IMG/VR virus record: IMGVR_UViG_3300021961_000021
DNA length: 64,000 nt
From: a virus
Strand: one strand, 5' to 3'
How positions within the stretch are numbered: the first letter of the stretch is position 1; every line of letters starts with the position of its first letter. The notes under the pieces are model-generated. The model did no database searches. It was not told where the DNA came from and worked only from the letters and a program-made list of their open reading frames with translations. Shown in pieces: positions 15,927-25,875 of this stretch. The translations under genes and the position numbers were made by a program.

Positions 15927-16532
15927 TCAGGCATATGTAATTGAAGCAGTATCGGAGATAACTTCTTCAGCGCCAGCATCCGATGTGAGTTTCACACGGA
16001 ACTTGTAACCATCGTAAGTTGCTTTGTCTGCAGCAGTCAGGGTCAGAGTTGCAGTGGTCGAACCACTGTACACACCAGCATCGGTAACATTGGTCCAGCG
16101 AGTTCCAGTTGCTGTCTGCTTCTGCCACTGATAAACCACGCTACCTGCATCAGCAGATGCGGTAACAGCAAAGGTTCCAGTGAAGGGATCAGCAGCACCA
16201 GTTACGTCTGCAGGTTGTGCAGCGATGGTGATTGCCGATGCTGCGTCTGCTGCAATAGCGTCGTCAGCCTGGGTTTCGTTAGCGTTGGTATCAGCATTGC
16301 TGAGGAACATCAGGTGCTCTGCCTTATGGCGGGTCTTACCCGAACCATCGGTGTAAGTACGATATGCCCACCAACCAGGGGCAGTGATGCCGCGTTCTTT
16401 GTTCTCCGAGAGACCTGCCTCGGTATTATCAACAAAGACAATGGTCTCAGTAGCGGACCCAGCACCGTTACCACGGGTGAGACCTACTTGTGTTTTGTTT
16501 GCGTTTGAGTCAGTTCTCCCGTAAAGAGACAT
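15927..16532 (-). CDS. Putative virion structural protein with C-terminal Ig-like domain
   Basis: ITIAAQPAD...YQWQK...TLTL...YDGYKFRVKL Ig pattern; TATAAATA late promoter at 16569-16562. Confidence 0.75.
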   Translation of the reverse strand: MSLYGRTDSNANKTQVGLTRGNGAGSATETIVFVDNTEAGLSENKERGITAPGWWAYRTYTDGSGKTRHKAEHLMFLSNADTNANETQADDAIAADAASAITIAAQPADVTGAADPFTGTFAVTASADAGSVVYQWQKQTATGTRWTNVTDAGVYSGSTTATLTLTAADKATYDGYKFRVKLTSDAGAEEVISDTASITYA

Positions 16533-16578
16533 TGTGTTTCTCCAAATCGTTTCCTATATTGTATTTATAAAAATGTTA

Positions 16579-16601
16579 AAAGGGAGGTCGAAACCTCCCT
16601 T
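16579..16601 (-). terminator. Intrinsic terminator with UUCG loop
   Basis: AGGGAGGT-TTCG-ACCTCCCT-TTT. Confidence 0.75.
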
Positions 16602-16605
16602 GGTA

Positions 16606-16791
16606 TCACTCGGCTGCTTCGCAACCTTTGAGCAGAGCAGTTTTAACGGTAGCAACGATCAAATCGTCAACATCATTATCAGTAGTTGCTACATATTTCT
16701 CAAGAAGTTCTACTACCAGTTTTTTAACTTGGCAGGAACCCATAACTTTAAAGAGGATGGGCTTTACAACCAAAAGAATTGCAGGAACCAT
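16606..16791 (-). CDS. Small hypothetical protein (61 aa)
   Basis: ORF track; GGAG RBS. Confidence 0.7.
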   Translation of the reverse strand: MVPAILLVVKPILFKVMGSCQVKKLVVELLEKYVATTDNDVDDLIVATVKTALLKGCEAAE

Positions 16792-16851
16792 TTCTAATCT
16801 CCGTGAGGATAACTACCTTATATATGAGACCAGATCGGTGCGGTTAATTCC

Positions 16852-17310
16852 CTAGTGGTTGTGACCTTCCGCAATCAGGATGTCCAGTTCTTCCACAGAA
16901 ACATCTTCGTAGATGTTGCCTTCGCCATCGCAAATGGTGTACTGAGAAACGTAATGGGTATTGCCATCAGCATCAGGTTCAGCAAGTTCAATCAGATCGT
17001 GCTGTGTAGGGATGGTTTGGCAGATGCCATACTCAGCGTGCTCCACATAAGATGCACAAATGTGAGTCTTCTTACCCATCTTCTGAGCGATTGTTTTACG
17101 ACGATTCAGTAGGTACTTGTCAGACTTGTCGTGGTCACCGTCGTTGTCGATGTCCTTGTCTTCCTTACCTACGGCATCAAGTCTCTTACGCTTTGCTGCT
17201 TCTTTGAGTTCAGCAATTTCAAATTGGAGAAGTTTTTTAATAGATTCTTTCATTAGTTGTTCCTTCTTGGGGTTGATGGTAATTGCAGTTTTCTTCTCAG
17301 TTAGCCTCAT
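16852..17310 (-). CDS. Hypothetical protein (start revised to MRLT)
   Basis: ORF track 16852..17424; GGAGAG RBS before ATG 17310. Confidence 0.7.
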   Translation of the reverse strand: MRLTEKKTAITINPKKEQLMKESIKKLLQFEIAELKEAAKRKRLDAVGKEDKDIDNDGDHDKSDKYLLNRRKTIAQKMGKKTHICASYVEHAEYGICQTIPTQHDLIELAEPDADGNTHYVSQYTICDGEGNIYEDVSVEELDILIAEGHNH

Positions 17311-19417
17311 TCTTTCTCTCCCTTGCCTTTCTAGGACCAACACCCTTATAAAGACGTGATGCTTGTGCTGCTTTCTTTGCTGCTGTTTCTCTGTCACCAG
17401 AGATTGATGCCTTCCTGCGCTCATTATCTGCCTTCATAGAAGCAGTGAGTGCGAGGTGAGAAGAGATCTCATCGATCTGTTCAACGTCATAACCAAGACG
17501 CTCACGCCAGGAGGTTCCTTCACCCATACGACTTGCTACTTTACCTGCACCAGAGGATACTGCACGAGCAGTCTTGCCAACGACCTTCTTAATGCCACGC
17601 TTAACTGCGCTGGCAGCACGACGAAGCAGAGAAGGTTTGTCACTACCACCGCCAGATGACTTGCTTGAAGAACCACCTGAGGAACCACCAGATGATCTTG
17701 TGGTTGTAGTTGTGGTTGTAGTTGTGGAAGAAGAACCGCCACCACCGCCAGAGGAAGAAGACTTCTTCTGACCACCAGATGAACGAATCTTATCGAGGAG
17801 TTCTTCACCCTTTCTACGAGTTTCTGCATCCTTAGATTCAGGCTTCTTAGGAGCAGGAGAATCGGACTGTGCTTTGGGTTTCGACTTGCTCAGAGAATCT
17901 CTCTTCGCTTTGATTCTTGCTGCTTGGTATTCACCAACGGCGTGACCTGCTGCTCTGGAAGCAGCACCAACAACTTTCTTACCTGCTGCTTTGAGTCCTT
18001 GCTTAGCAGAAGATGCTGCACTCTTAGCTGCTTCGCCTGCCTTGGATGCTGCACTCTTAGCAGAGGATGCTGCAGAACCAACCTTTGCTCTAGCAGAATC
18101 TGCTTTCGACTTGAGAGTAGAACCAACTGCCTTAGCAGCAGTCTTTACTTTCTCAACTCTTGCACGACGAACTGCTGCCTTCACTTCAGGCTTTGCGGCA
18201 TTCTCCTTAGACTTAGCCGCTGCAGCAGCATAGTAATCCTCAAACAGAGGATACACATCATAAGAAGACATCATATCCAATGCTTCATCAAGCATCTCAA
18301 CATCGTCTTCGATCTCAACCATCGCTTCGATGATCACATCCTCAAGATCTTCCTGAGTGAGGAAATCAAAGTCTTCAGCAAGTTCGTCAACCAGTTCCCA
18401 CATCCAAGCTTCGCTTACAGGAACACAGTTGGGAACTTCCTTACCGTTCTTCGTCTTCATACCAACTTGCTTATACCCTTTCCAGCAGGGATCTTCACCA
18501 CCACCGTATGCCTTACCCGCTTCCGAAAGTTCATACTCCATTTCCATATTCAGTTGCTTTTTCTCACCCTTAGTCAGAGCACCTCTTTGCTTTCCTCTAG
18601 CAGCCTGTTTTGCTCTATCATCATCATTGGTTGCCTTATGACCGTAACCGTGGAGACCAGGAGAGGAAGAAGTGGTCTTACGGAAGTCACCCCTTTGTGC
18701 TCTAGCATATCTAGATCTTTGTGCTTCTTTATTCTTATCACCGAAGGTGGGTTTCTTCTCAAGTGCAGTTGCTCTATCTGCTGCTTCACCACCACCAGTG
18801 GACTTAGCAATCTTGTTACGAATTTCGGTCTCATTATGTCCGCGCTTTGCCATTGCGGTTTTTTCATCAAGCATTTCTTCGCCTTCTGCTTCATAAGAAC
18901 TCATAATAGAGCCCTTACCATACTTAGCCATTGTTGCTTGCTTAACAATCTCAAGTGCTGTCATTGCAGACTTGCCAGACGGAGCGGGTTTCTTAGGACC
19001 AACTTTTGCTGAGGAACTATTACCACCTCTACCAGCGCCCATACCGCCACGCTCAAGGCGCTGATCATTCATACGATCGGACTCTTCCTCGGGAAGGAAC
19101 TCTTCTTTTGCAACTTTCTTGCCAGAGATTGATCTTTGTGCAGCAGTTACAGGTCCCTCAGTCGAAGGCTTCTCTTTGATGGTATCAATCTTGCCAGACG
19201 CGCCACTCGGTTTTGCATTAATAGTTGCCATATTCTTGCTTTCAAGAATGATGTCAGCAATCTCAATCAACCGAGATGTCTTGAGTTGCTCTTCGATATA
19301 TTCGTGTGCTTCACGAAGATCTTCAGAGTTATGCGTAGCATACTCCACCACATAAGTTACTGTTTGAACTTCTGAGGGGGTATATTTAAGGAGTTTTGCT
19401 GAAAGATTGATGTCCAT
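17297..19417 (-). CDS. Large low-complexity protein (706 aa), possible internal head/core protein
   Basis: Ala/Lys/Ser/Gly-rich, Thr run, DPCWKGYKQVGMK...VPNCVP motif; TAAATA at 19447-19442. Confidence 0.75.
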   Translation of the reverse strand: MDINLSAKLLKYTPSEVQTVTYVVEYATHNSEDLREAHEYIEEQLKTSRLIEIADIILESKNMATINAKPSGASGKIDTIKEKPSTEGPVTAAQRSISGKKVAKEEFLPEEESDRMNDQRLERGGMGAGRGGNSSSAKVGPKKPAPSGKSAMTALEIVKQATMAKYGKGSIMSSYEAEGEEMLDEKTAMAKRGHNETEIRNKIAKSTGGGEAADRATALEKKPTFGDKNKEAQRSRYARAQRGDFRKTTSSSPGLHGYGHKATNDDDRAKQAARGKQRGALTKGEKKQLNMEMEYELSEAGKAYGGGEDPCWKGYKQVGMKTKNGKEVPNCVPVSEAWMWELVDELAEDFDFLTQEDLEDVIIEAMVEIEDDVEMLDEALDMMSSYDVYPLFEDYYAAAAAKSKENAAKPEVKAAVRRARVEKVKTAAKAVGSTLKSKADSARAKVGSAASSAKSAASKAGEAAKSAASSAKQGLKAAGKKVVGAASRAAGHAVGEYQAARIKAKRDSLSKSKPKAQSDSPAPKKPESKDAETRRKGEELLDKIRSSGGQKKSSSSGGGGGSSSTTTTTTTTTRSSGGSSGGSSSKSSGGGSDKPSLLRRAASAVKRGIKKVVGKTARAVSSGAGKVASRMGEGTSWRERLGYDVEQIDEISSHLALTASMKADNERRKASISGDRETAAKKAAQASRLYKGVGPRKARERKNEAN

Positions 19418-19440
19418 TGTACGATAAGTTCCCGATAGTA

Positions 19441-20589
19441 TTATTTAGACTTTCTAAAGTCGCTGAATTTTTTAACTGTTTGTCCAGGGGTCATTGCCTG
19501 AACTGCATTCCGATATGCATCAGTACCAACCTTCCAGTCATTACCGCTGCCATCATCTGCAGAGTGATGCTTTTCTTCCACCTCATTGAGATGTTGCAAC
19601 CAGCAACGGAACCTCCATCCATTTTCATCTTCAAAGATTGCGTAGTTGGTGCCACGATATACAATTTCACCAATCACACCAGTGTCAAGATGCTCAACAA
19701 TGGTTCCGATTGAGAATAACTGATTAGAGATATATGCTTCACGCAATCCCTGAGGATCAAGTTTAGGTGCAATCTCCCACATCTCAGTAACTGCTTGCTG
19801 TTCATTTGAGATACCCATACCTCTACGAACTGCATTCATTAATTTCTGAGCAAGAGCTTCATCTTTGCCAGGGATACCTTTAGCGAACTCCTTCAGGTTA
19901 CCTTCAGCAGCAAATGCTCTCATCTTTGATGCAGACATACCCTCAACACCATCAGCATCAGGGTCACGCTCACCTGCAGATTCTACTTTGAGTTCTTCAA
20001 AGTTATATGCAGTACCGTTATACTTTGTCAGAAGATTGCTGAACTCAGAAACACGATCACTTCCAACAACCATAGTGACAGAACTATAACCTTCCTCATT
20101 GAGTGCACTGAGAACATTGAAGATGTTGCTCATTGCTTCATCATTGACAATCGCTTCAGAAGCACTGGGATACATCTGCTTCATAAAGTTGATCTTCTCT
20201 TTTGGTTCCAGAGGATTCTTTTTAGGGTCTACAGATCTTGAGGGATAGATTCTGTATGTACCACCAGAACTCATTTGCTCAACCGCATTGATGAGTTTCT
20301 CGTGTCCAACTGTAGGAGGATTGAATCTGCCAAATGTAATTGCAATCGCACCAAGGTCTTCAACACTTGCGTTACCCTCATCTTCAACAGCACCATCCTC
20401 AGCACCTTGCTGTGCAACTGCCGCTTCATCAGGTGTTACCGCAACAAGTCTCTGACCTTTCTCAGACTTGGCAACAATCGCACCAGATTTATCCGCATAG
20501 TAACCGTGTCCAACGTGAGTTAGACCACGCTTTGCAGCAGTTTCTCCAGCGACGGTTCTTGCTTCTGTAAGAAATTGAGTGAATTTCAT
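19441..20589 (-). CDS. Cytidylyltransferase-like (HIGH-family) nucleotidyltransferase
   Basis: TFGRFNPPTVGHEKL, VVGSDR, SAGERDPD...GMSASKMR; ATAAATA at 20620-20614. Confidence 0.85.
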   Translation of the reverse strand: MKFTQFLTEARTVAGETAAKRGLTHVGHGYYADKSGAIVAKSEKGQRLVAVTPDEAAVAQQGAEDGAVEDEGNASVEDLGAIAITFGRFNPPTVGHEKLINAVEQMSSGGTYRIYPSRSVDPKKNPLEPKEKINFMKQMYPSASEAIVNDEAMSNIFNVLSALNEEGYSSVTMVVGSDRVSEFSNLLTKYNGTAYNFEELKVESAGERDPDADGVEGMSASKMRAFAAEGNLKEFAKGIPGKDEALAQKLMNAVRRGMGISNEQQAVTEMWEIAPKLDPQGLREAYISNQLFSIGTIVEHLDTGVIGEIVYRGTNYAIFEDENGWRFRCWLQHLNEVEEKHHSADDGSGNDWKVGTDAYRNAVQAMTPGQTVKKFSDFRKSK

Positions 20590-20620
20590 TATATTTGTCA
20601 GTGTTTCCTATTATATTTAT

Positions 20621-21811
20621 CTAGCCCCAATTCTTGTCTACCGTGAAGTTGGCACGAGAGAACTCCAGGCGGTCAACTAACTTCAGTGCATTACCAGATT
20701 TGATCGCAACAAATCCTTCAGGAGCAGTCACACGGAATCCAGAATCAGTTTGAATGTAGGTTCCGATGTCCTTGACCTGTTCAAGTTTGCGAACAATCAT
20801 AGTCTTTGCAGTGATCAAATTCATATAACTAGCAACCGTCATATAGATTGCTTTGCTATAACTGCGGATGAACTTCAGACCATCATTCTTGATCTTCTCA
20901 TACTTTGCCTTTGCTGCAGGAGTCTTCTTAGAGTCGATCTCTTTCTGCAGAGCATCACTGTAGAACTTCTCAAATCCCTTACCAACTGCCTGAGCATTGG
21001 TGATGGGCTTACCCTGACGAATGAACGAGTTGAAATACACCTTGAACATTGCCGACAGCAGGAACTTACCATCCCCAGTTTGCTTGAGGATATCAAGAAA
21101 CGTAGATGCTTGACGAAGAGAACCTTCTGCCCGATTAACTGCTGCTCGATAAGAAATAAACTCGGAAGTTGTCATACGGGAAGATCCCGTAGCATCAGTG
21201 AAGTTGGATGAGAATACTGCAATGTCGGATACGTTCTGCATACCAGAAACATCCACACCGAAACTGGGTGACATATCACTCAACAAAGGACCACCGCTAT
21301 ACTTGGTGTGAAAAACAATGCCAAGTTTGGCGTGTTTTACTTTATAACCAATATGTGAGTTCGTTGGTATTGCGTAAGTAATAGTATTAGGACGGAAAGT
21401 TAAGCACTGAGTGCCATTGATTTTTGCAGTCTTAAGGTCATTGGTGAACAGAAGATCACCCTGCAGGACTCCATTGATTTTCAGTTTGGGTAGGAGCTTC
21501 AAACAGGTCTTCAACTTACTAGCAAGTTCACCCTGATACCACTCATCAATATCAGATTCAGAAACACAGATCTTAGGAAACTTTGCAAAGACACTCTTGG
21601 TCCCCACAAAGAAATTACCAGTGCCAGGGTGGCGACCACAGATCACAGCAGGAGCACCGTCCCACTTAGTCGTGAGTCTGATGCTGGAGTCTGGTTCGGT
21701 GAGCATCGTGCCGAGTTCCCGAAGGAAGGCGATAGCGTTCCTGCCTCCATCCGAACCGTTGTTCAGGATGTCGTCTTCCAGGTGCTCTAGGTGGGTGTTT
21801 TGCTTTGCCAT
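20621..21811 (-). CDS. Conserved T4-like protein (DUF6267-like; possible ligase-type nucleotidyltransferase fold)
   Basis: NTHLEHLED, TTKWDGAPA, LQGDLLF, PEGFVA, LKLVDRLEFSRANF. Confidence 0.75.
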   Translation of the reverse strand: MAKQNTHLEHLEDDILNNGSDGGRNAIAFLRELGTMLTEPDSSIRLTTKWDGAPAVICGRHPGTGNFFVGTKSVFAKFPKICVSESDIDEWYQGELASKLKTCLKLLPKLKINGVLQGDLLFTNDLKTAKINGTQCLTFRPNTITYAIPTNSHIGYKVKHAKLGIVFHTKYSGGPLLSDMSPSFGVDVSGMQNVSDIAVFSSNFTDATGSSRMTTSEFISYRAAVNRAEGSLRQASTFLDILKQTGDGKFLLSAMFKVYFNSFIRQGKPITNAQAVGKGFEKFYSDALQKEIDSKKTPAAKAKYEKIKNDGLKFIRSYSKAIYMTVASYMNLITAKTMIVRKLEQVKDIGTYIQTDSGFRVTAPEGFVAIKSGNALKLVDRLEFSRANFTVDKNWG

Positions 21812-21818
21812 ACCAGTA

Positions 21819-22649
21819 TCATACCTCGTATCGGATCACCAGGGCGTTCTGACGGACACCTGTAACTTTGTCCTTGCCCCGACCCTTCATTGCCAGGCGG
21901 ACCCCTGCCATCCCCATCACCTCCCTCACCGCTGCCTCATCGATAGGTTTCACACCGTGTTCTGTCATCATATGATCTGCTGCTTTATCGGGATCGGAAG
22001 CGAACAACATAGCGCCTGTCATACATTCGTGTGTCAGATGATATTTGAAACAGTCATAAACATCAGCAACTCCAGGAACTTTCTTAGAACCAAGAACCTC
22101 CTGCAGTTGTTCATTAAGACCACCTGCCTTTTTCATATCCGACAGGATACGTTTTGCTGTAGGCTGATCAACAGTGCCCTTGGCATTCTCACACTTGTTG
22201 TTAATCTTTTCCAGAATCAATTGAAGGTATCCCAGCGCAATAACATTGTTCTCACCACCACCACACTCAGCAGCAACCTTCTTAAGAACATTACTAAAAA
22301 CTTGAGTTGACTTATCAATACCTGCGCTAGTCAACTGGAAAGATTTGCCCCACTTCATTGAGCACTTGTATTTCTTTCCGTTTGCTGTGAACATAATATC
22401 TGTCTTCGGTTCTTCACCACCGCCAGACATTTTCTTATAAGACTTATAGTATTCCTGATCTTTGTTGATGTTGTCACTTTTATAACTATCAACAATCTTC
22501 GTGGCAACTCTTTTAATATCATCACCAATAGAACTGTATTGTGCTGCAGCTGTGTCCAGTGCTTTCTTTTGTTCAGTATCTGGGTTGACGATTCTACTCA
22601 TCGCCTGATACATTACTGCGTGTTCAAATTGCAGTCCCTTGTTCGCCAC
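21819..22649 (-). CDS. Putative PD-(D/E)XK-like nuclease
   Basis: EPKTDIMF...YKCSMKWG resembles a PD..(D/E/S)xK core; own ATAAATA at 22680-22674. Confidence 0.5.
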   Translation of the reverse strand: MANKGLQFEHAVMYQAMSRIVNPDTEQKKALDTAAAQYSSIGDDIKRVATKIVDSYKSDNINKDQEYYKSYKKMSGGGEEPKTDIMFTANGKKYKCSMKWGKSFQLTSAGIDKSTQVFSNVLKKVAAECGGGENNVIALGYLQLILEKINNKCENAKGTVDQPTAKRILSDMKKAGGLNEQLQEVLGSKKVPGVADVYDCFKYHLTHECMTGAMLFASDPDKAADHMMTEHGVKPIDEAAVREVMGMAGVRLAMKGRGKDKVTGVRQNALVIRYEV

Positions 22650-22679
22650 GGTAGTATAAGAATACGACGAAAGTATTTA

Positions 22680-23225
22680 TTAGAATGTACCTGGCTTCTT
22701 GTACATATTCATTGAAAACACTCTACGTCTTCCTTGTGTTGGTGGAACTTCGTGGATTAGTTTGGAATCAAATATAAGCAGTTGTCTTTCTGAGGGATAG
22801 TAAGGACTCGTCCTATCATAGATTATTGGTGAAGAATTATCTTCAAGTCTAAGATAACCAACTGCAGCAAAATCTGCTGGATAGTGGTAATGAGGTTTTG
22901 TGTAATCTCCAGGACCATAGTCTGCTCCCCAGATGTTCTTTGCATAAAAATGCAGGTCGTTGGTGCCATCGTGTAAACCACCGTAGCACCTACCACCTGT
23001 ATTATATACCAGATTGGAAATCATTCTGCAACATTCCGAGACATACTCCTCACATTTCGGCATTTGCAGATCCCATTCAGTTTGTCTGGCGACAAGGTTT
23101 GATGCTGGAGGAGTTGGTTTATCCAACTCATTCCAGTCATCAATTACTTTGTTTGCTTCTTCAATGCAATCCTGTGGAAGAATGAATTCAAAAACAGGAT
23201 AACCAGAACCAACGAATACAGTCAT
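22680..23225 (-). CDS. Putative 2OG-Fe(II) oxygenase
   Basis: PHYHYPADFAAVGYL ... IFDSKLIHEV ... RRVFSMN. Confidence 0.75.
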   Translation of the reverse strand: MTVFVGSGYPVFEFILPQDCIEEANKVIDDWNELDKPTPPASNLVARQTEWDLQMPKCEEYVSECCRMISNLVYNTGGRCYGGLHDGTNDLHFYAKNIWGADYGPGDYTKPHYHYPADFAAVGYLRLEDNSSPIIYDRTSPYYPSERQLLIFDSKLIHEVPPTQGRRRVFSMNMYKKPGTF

Positions 23226-23413
23226 TACTTAGCAATCATAAACACTCCGTGAGCGTAGAATGCCATAAACATAAATCCCAAGCAAGCAGAAATAATTGTT
23301 GCATTGCGATTGTGTCGTCTAATAGCATCGTCCACAATTTTATGGACATCCTCTATGGTTGCCAACTGTTGCTCTGGATCATACATTGGACTAAAAGCAA
23401 GTGGATCAATCAA
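23225..23413 (-). CDS. Small membrane protein (62 aa)
   Basis: AIRRHNRNATIISACLGFMFMAFYAHG hydrophobic C-terminus. Confidence 0.7.
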   Translation of the reverse strand: MIDPLAFSPMYDPEQQLATIEDVHKIVDDAIRRHNRNATIISACLGFMFMAFYAHGVFMIAK

Positions 23414-23919
23414 CGATCACCATCAGCGCGTTCTTCAGAACGTGTAACGGTGAATTCACCTTCTGGATACCTAGCAGCGAGTTTCATAGTATTGCGGAAG
23501 AATACATCTTCAAATCGAAGATCGAGAGCAATGCAGGCTTGAGCAGCATACCAAAGAATGTCGCCCAGTTCTGTAGTCAGATGATCTTTGACATCATCAT
23601 TCCAAGGTTTGCCTTGGAATTTAATCTTCTTAACCAGTTCCATAAACTCACCACTTTCAGCAACAAGACCTGAGGCAGCAGTATCCAATCGTTCAATCTT
23701 ACATCCTTGCTTATTCAGTTCTGCGTACCTGTTGACCAGTGCACCAAAATCCTTGGAAGGATCGCTAGTTACCATATCGACAAACTCAATATATTTATCA
23801 AGGTCGATTTCTAGTTGTTCTTGGCGCTGCTGTTTATCAACAAGTTTTTTTGCTGACGGTGTGGTGAACCCAGGATTATTAATGCCTTCGGGGATACCTT
23901 CTACATTAGGGATAGTCAT
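23410..23919 (-). CDS. mazG: MazG-like nucleoside triphosphate pyrophosphohydrolase
   Basis: GLVAESGEFMELVKK, ELGDILWY, NTMKLAARYPEG. Confidence 0.9.
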   Translation of the reverse strand: MTIPNVEGIPEGINNPGFTTPSAKKLVDKQQRQEQLEIDLDKYIEFVDMVTSDPSKDFGALVNRYAELNKQGCKIERLDTAASGLVAESGEFMELVKKIKFQGKPWNDDVKDHLTTELGDILWYAAQACIALDLRFEDVFFRNTMKLAARYPEGEFTVTRSEERADGDR

Positions 23920-23921
23920 AG

Positions 23922-25301
23922 TTAAATCTTGAATTCATCGAAGTTTTTTTTGTTACCAAAGACGTTGACAATCTCAACATCCTTGTCATCGTCACGACCA
24001 GCATCAACAATGTTCAACTGTTCGTCACAATCATACAGTCGCATTTTGGATCTGTCAATACCAACAACAAATCGTTTGTTCATTGTGGGATCATTGTATC
24101 TATTCTTGAGTTGTTTAATCATAATCTGACCTGCCTGCTCTAAGTCTTCCGATGAGATAAGAGCAAACATAAAGTCTGCAGTAGCAGGAAGACCAAAAGA
24201 TTCTGAAGTATCGGTCAGTTCCACATCTGAGTTCCCATAACCACTTCTAGTAGTTTGAGTAGCGGATATGATAGGAACGTTGCACTCCCCAGCAAGACCA
24301 CGGAGTTCTTCAGCGATTGCTTTAACATAAGTGTAAGAGTTTACAATGGCACCTTTGTATCGTGCAGAGGCACAAATATTCAGGTAGTCTACAAATATAA
24401 CATCAGGAACAAAAGATTTTTTGATCGCCAGTTCCTGCAGCAATGATTTGAAATGTCCAACGTGAGCAGATGCAGTCGGATATTCTTTGATCACAAGTCT
24501 ACCCTGAGTCTTTTCACTCAGTTTAGTGATCTTGTTATCGAACATCATCTTAGGTAGAGTTGCCAACTGCTGAACAGACACATCCAGAAGGTTTGCGTCA
24601 ATACGTTCGGCAATCTTTTCCTCTGCCATCTCCAGTGTGATGTAGAGAACGTTGTACCCCATCATCAAATGTGATGCGGCAACGTGACACATAAACAGAC
24701 TCTTACCAACACCAGTACCTGCAAGTCCAATGTTAAGGGTCTTCCTACCAAGACCACCCTTGGTAATCTTATTCAACAACTCAATATCGAATGGAATCTT
24801 TTCTTCCACCCGATGATAAAATTCAAATCGCTCATCGGCATCATAAATGTAATCGTGACCGATCGAATTATCAAAACTCACTGCAAGAGCATCCGACAAA
24901 ATTGACGGGATAGAATCTCGTGTGCGTTTTGTATCATTGCCGTCAGCAATTTGAATAGACTCAAGCAATGCATTATAGATTGCTCGGTCACGACACCACT
25001 TCTCAGTAGTGTCAATCAACCATTTCAATTCGTGAGGTTCTTCATCGGATGTACGAATCAAATTTACAAGAGTATTGTACTGATCCGCAGTCAGATCTCT
25101 ACGTGTCTCAAGTTCAATGCACAATGCTTCCCGTGTAGGGAGGGCATCATACTCAATAAAATACTTTCTGACTTCATCAAAGAGAACCTTATTAGATCCG
25201 TCTTCAAAGTATTCATCTTGAATATGAGGTAGAACTCTACGAACAAATCCCTCATTAAAAATGAAAGAGTTGACTACAAGAGTTTCTACTGAACTAGACA
25301 T
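23922..25301 (-). CDS. gp41: Replicative DNA helicase (T4 gp41-like)
   Basis: AGTGVGKS Walker A, ITLEMAEE, FVDYLNIC, SATQTTR, QLKNRY. Confidence 0.96.
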   Translation of the reverse strand: MSSSVETLVVNSFIFNEGFVRRVLPHIQDEYFEDGSNKVLFDEVRKYFIEYDALPTREALCIELETRRDLTADQYNTLVNLIRTSDEEPHELKWLIDTTEKWCRDRAIYNALLESIQIADGNDTKRTRDSIPSILSDALAVSFDNSIGHDYIYDADERFEFYHRVEEKIPFDIELLNKITKGGLGRKTLNIGLAGTGVGKSLFMCHVAASHLMMGYNVLYITLEMAEEKIAERIDANLLDVSVQQLATLPKMMFDNKITKLSEKTQGRLVIKEYPTASAHVGHFKSLLQELAIKKSFVPDVIFVDYLNICASARYKGAIVNSYTYVKAIAEELRGLAGECNVPIISATQTTRSGYGNSDVELTDTSESFGLPATADFMFALISSEDLEQAGQIMIKQLKNRYNDPTMNKRFVVGIDRSKMRLYDCDEQLNIVDAGRDDDKDVEIVNVFGNKKNFDEFKI

Positions 25302-25875
25302 AATGGGTGTAAGTGCTAACTATGTACTTATCATTTGAGGTAGTTGGTCTTCCTTTATGTGGAAAGCACCACAGCGGAGGGAAGATAATCATTCTACCAG
25401 ATTTTGGTTTGATTGTCGGACCATTGTGAAAGACTGTTTCACCTCCTTCAGATACATCATTTAGATACCAGAAGATTGAGAGAAACCGTTTTGCACTAGC
25501 GTGGTCACCAACATCAACGTGAAGATCGAATCTATCATCTGTTCCTGCCCGATACTTCTTGATTCTAAATTGTTCAAGTTGCGATCTTTCGGGAAAGAAC
25601 TGACGACATTCAACATCATCCATATACTTTTGAACCCAGTAGTGGGAGGATTCGATAAGAGCATTCTGAAGAATGCCCATATCTTTCCAGTCCTGATGAT
25701 GTTCTTGGTTATCGTCTATCCACTGAGTGACATTAAACTGAGTAAACTTTGGACGACCATTGTGATCCAGTGTTTCTACATCGTGTTCTTCAAATAACCG
25801 AATGGCATTTTTGCAAACATCATCAGGTATTGTGTAGTCGTAAACACGAATGAATTCATTAAGATCCATAACCAT
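25294..25875 (-). CDS. 2OG-Fe(II) oxygenase (prolyl-hydroxylase-like)
   Basis: FDLHVD (HxD), [30 protein letters not shown]. Confidence 0.88.
   Translation of the reverse strand: MVMDLNEFIRVYDYTIPDDVCKNAIRLFEEHDVETLDHNGRPKFTQFNVTQWIDDNQEHHQDWKDMGILQNALIESSHYWVQKYMDDVECRQFFPERSQLEQFRIKKYRAGTDDRFDLHVDVGDHASAKRFLSIFWYLNDVSEGGETVFHNGPTIKPKSGRMIIFPPLWCFPHKGRPTTSNDKYIVSTYTHYV

Noticed and set aside
17690-17760. GTTGTA/GTTGTG and ACC repeats
   Set aside because: Encode Thr/Gly/Ser runs of the low-complexity protein.
17924-19012. 362-aa plus-strand Cys/Leu-rich ORF
   Set aside because: Mirror of the Ala/Lys-rich low-complexity gene (reverse complements of its codons give Cys/Leu/Phe).
21597-22310. 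237-aa plus-strand ORF
   Set aside because: Lies opposite two coherent minus-strand genes; no motifs.
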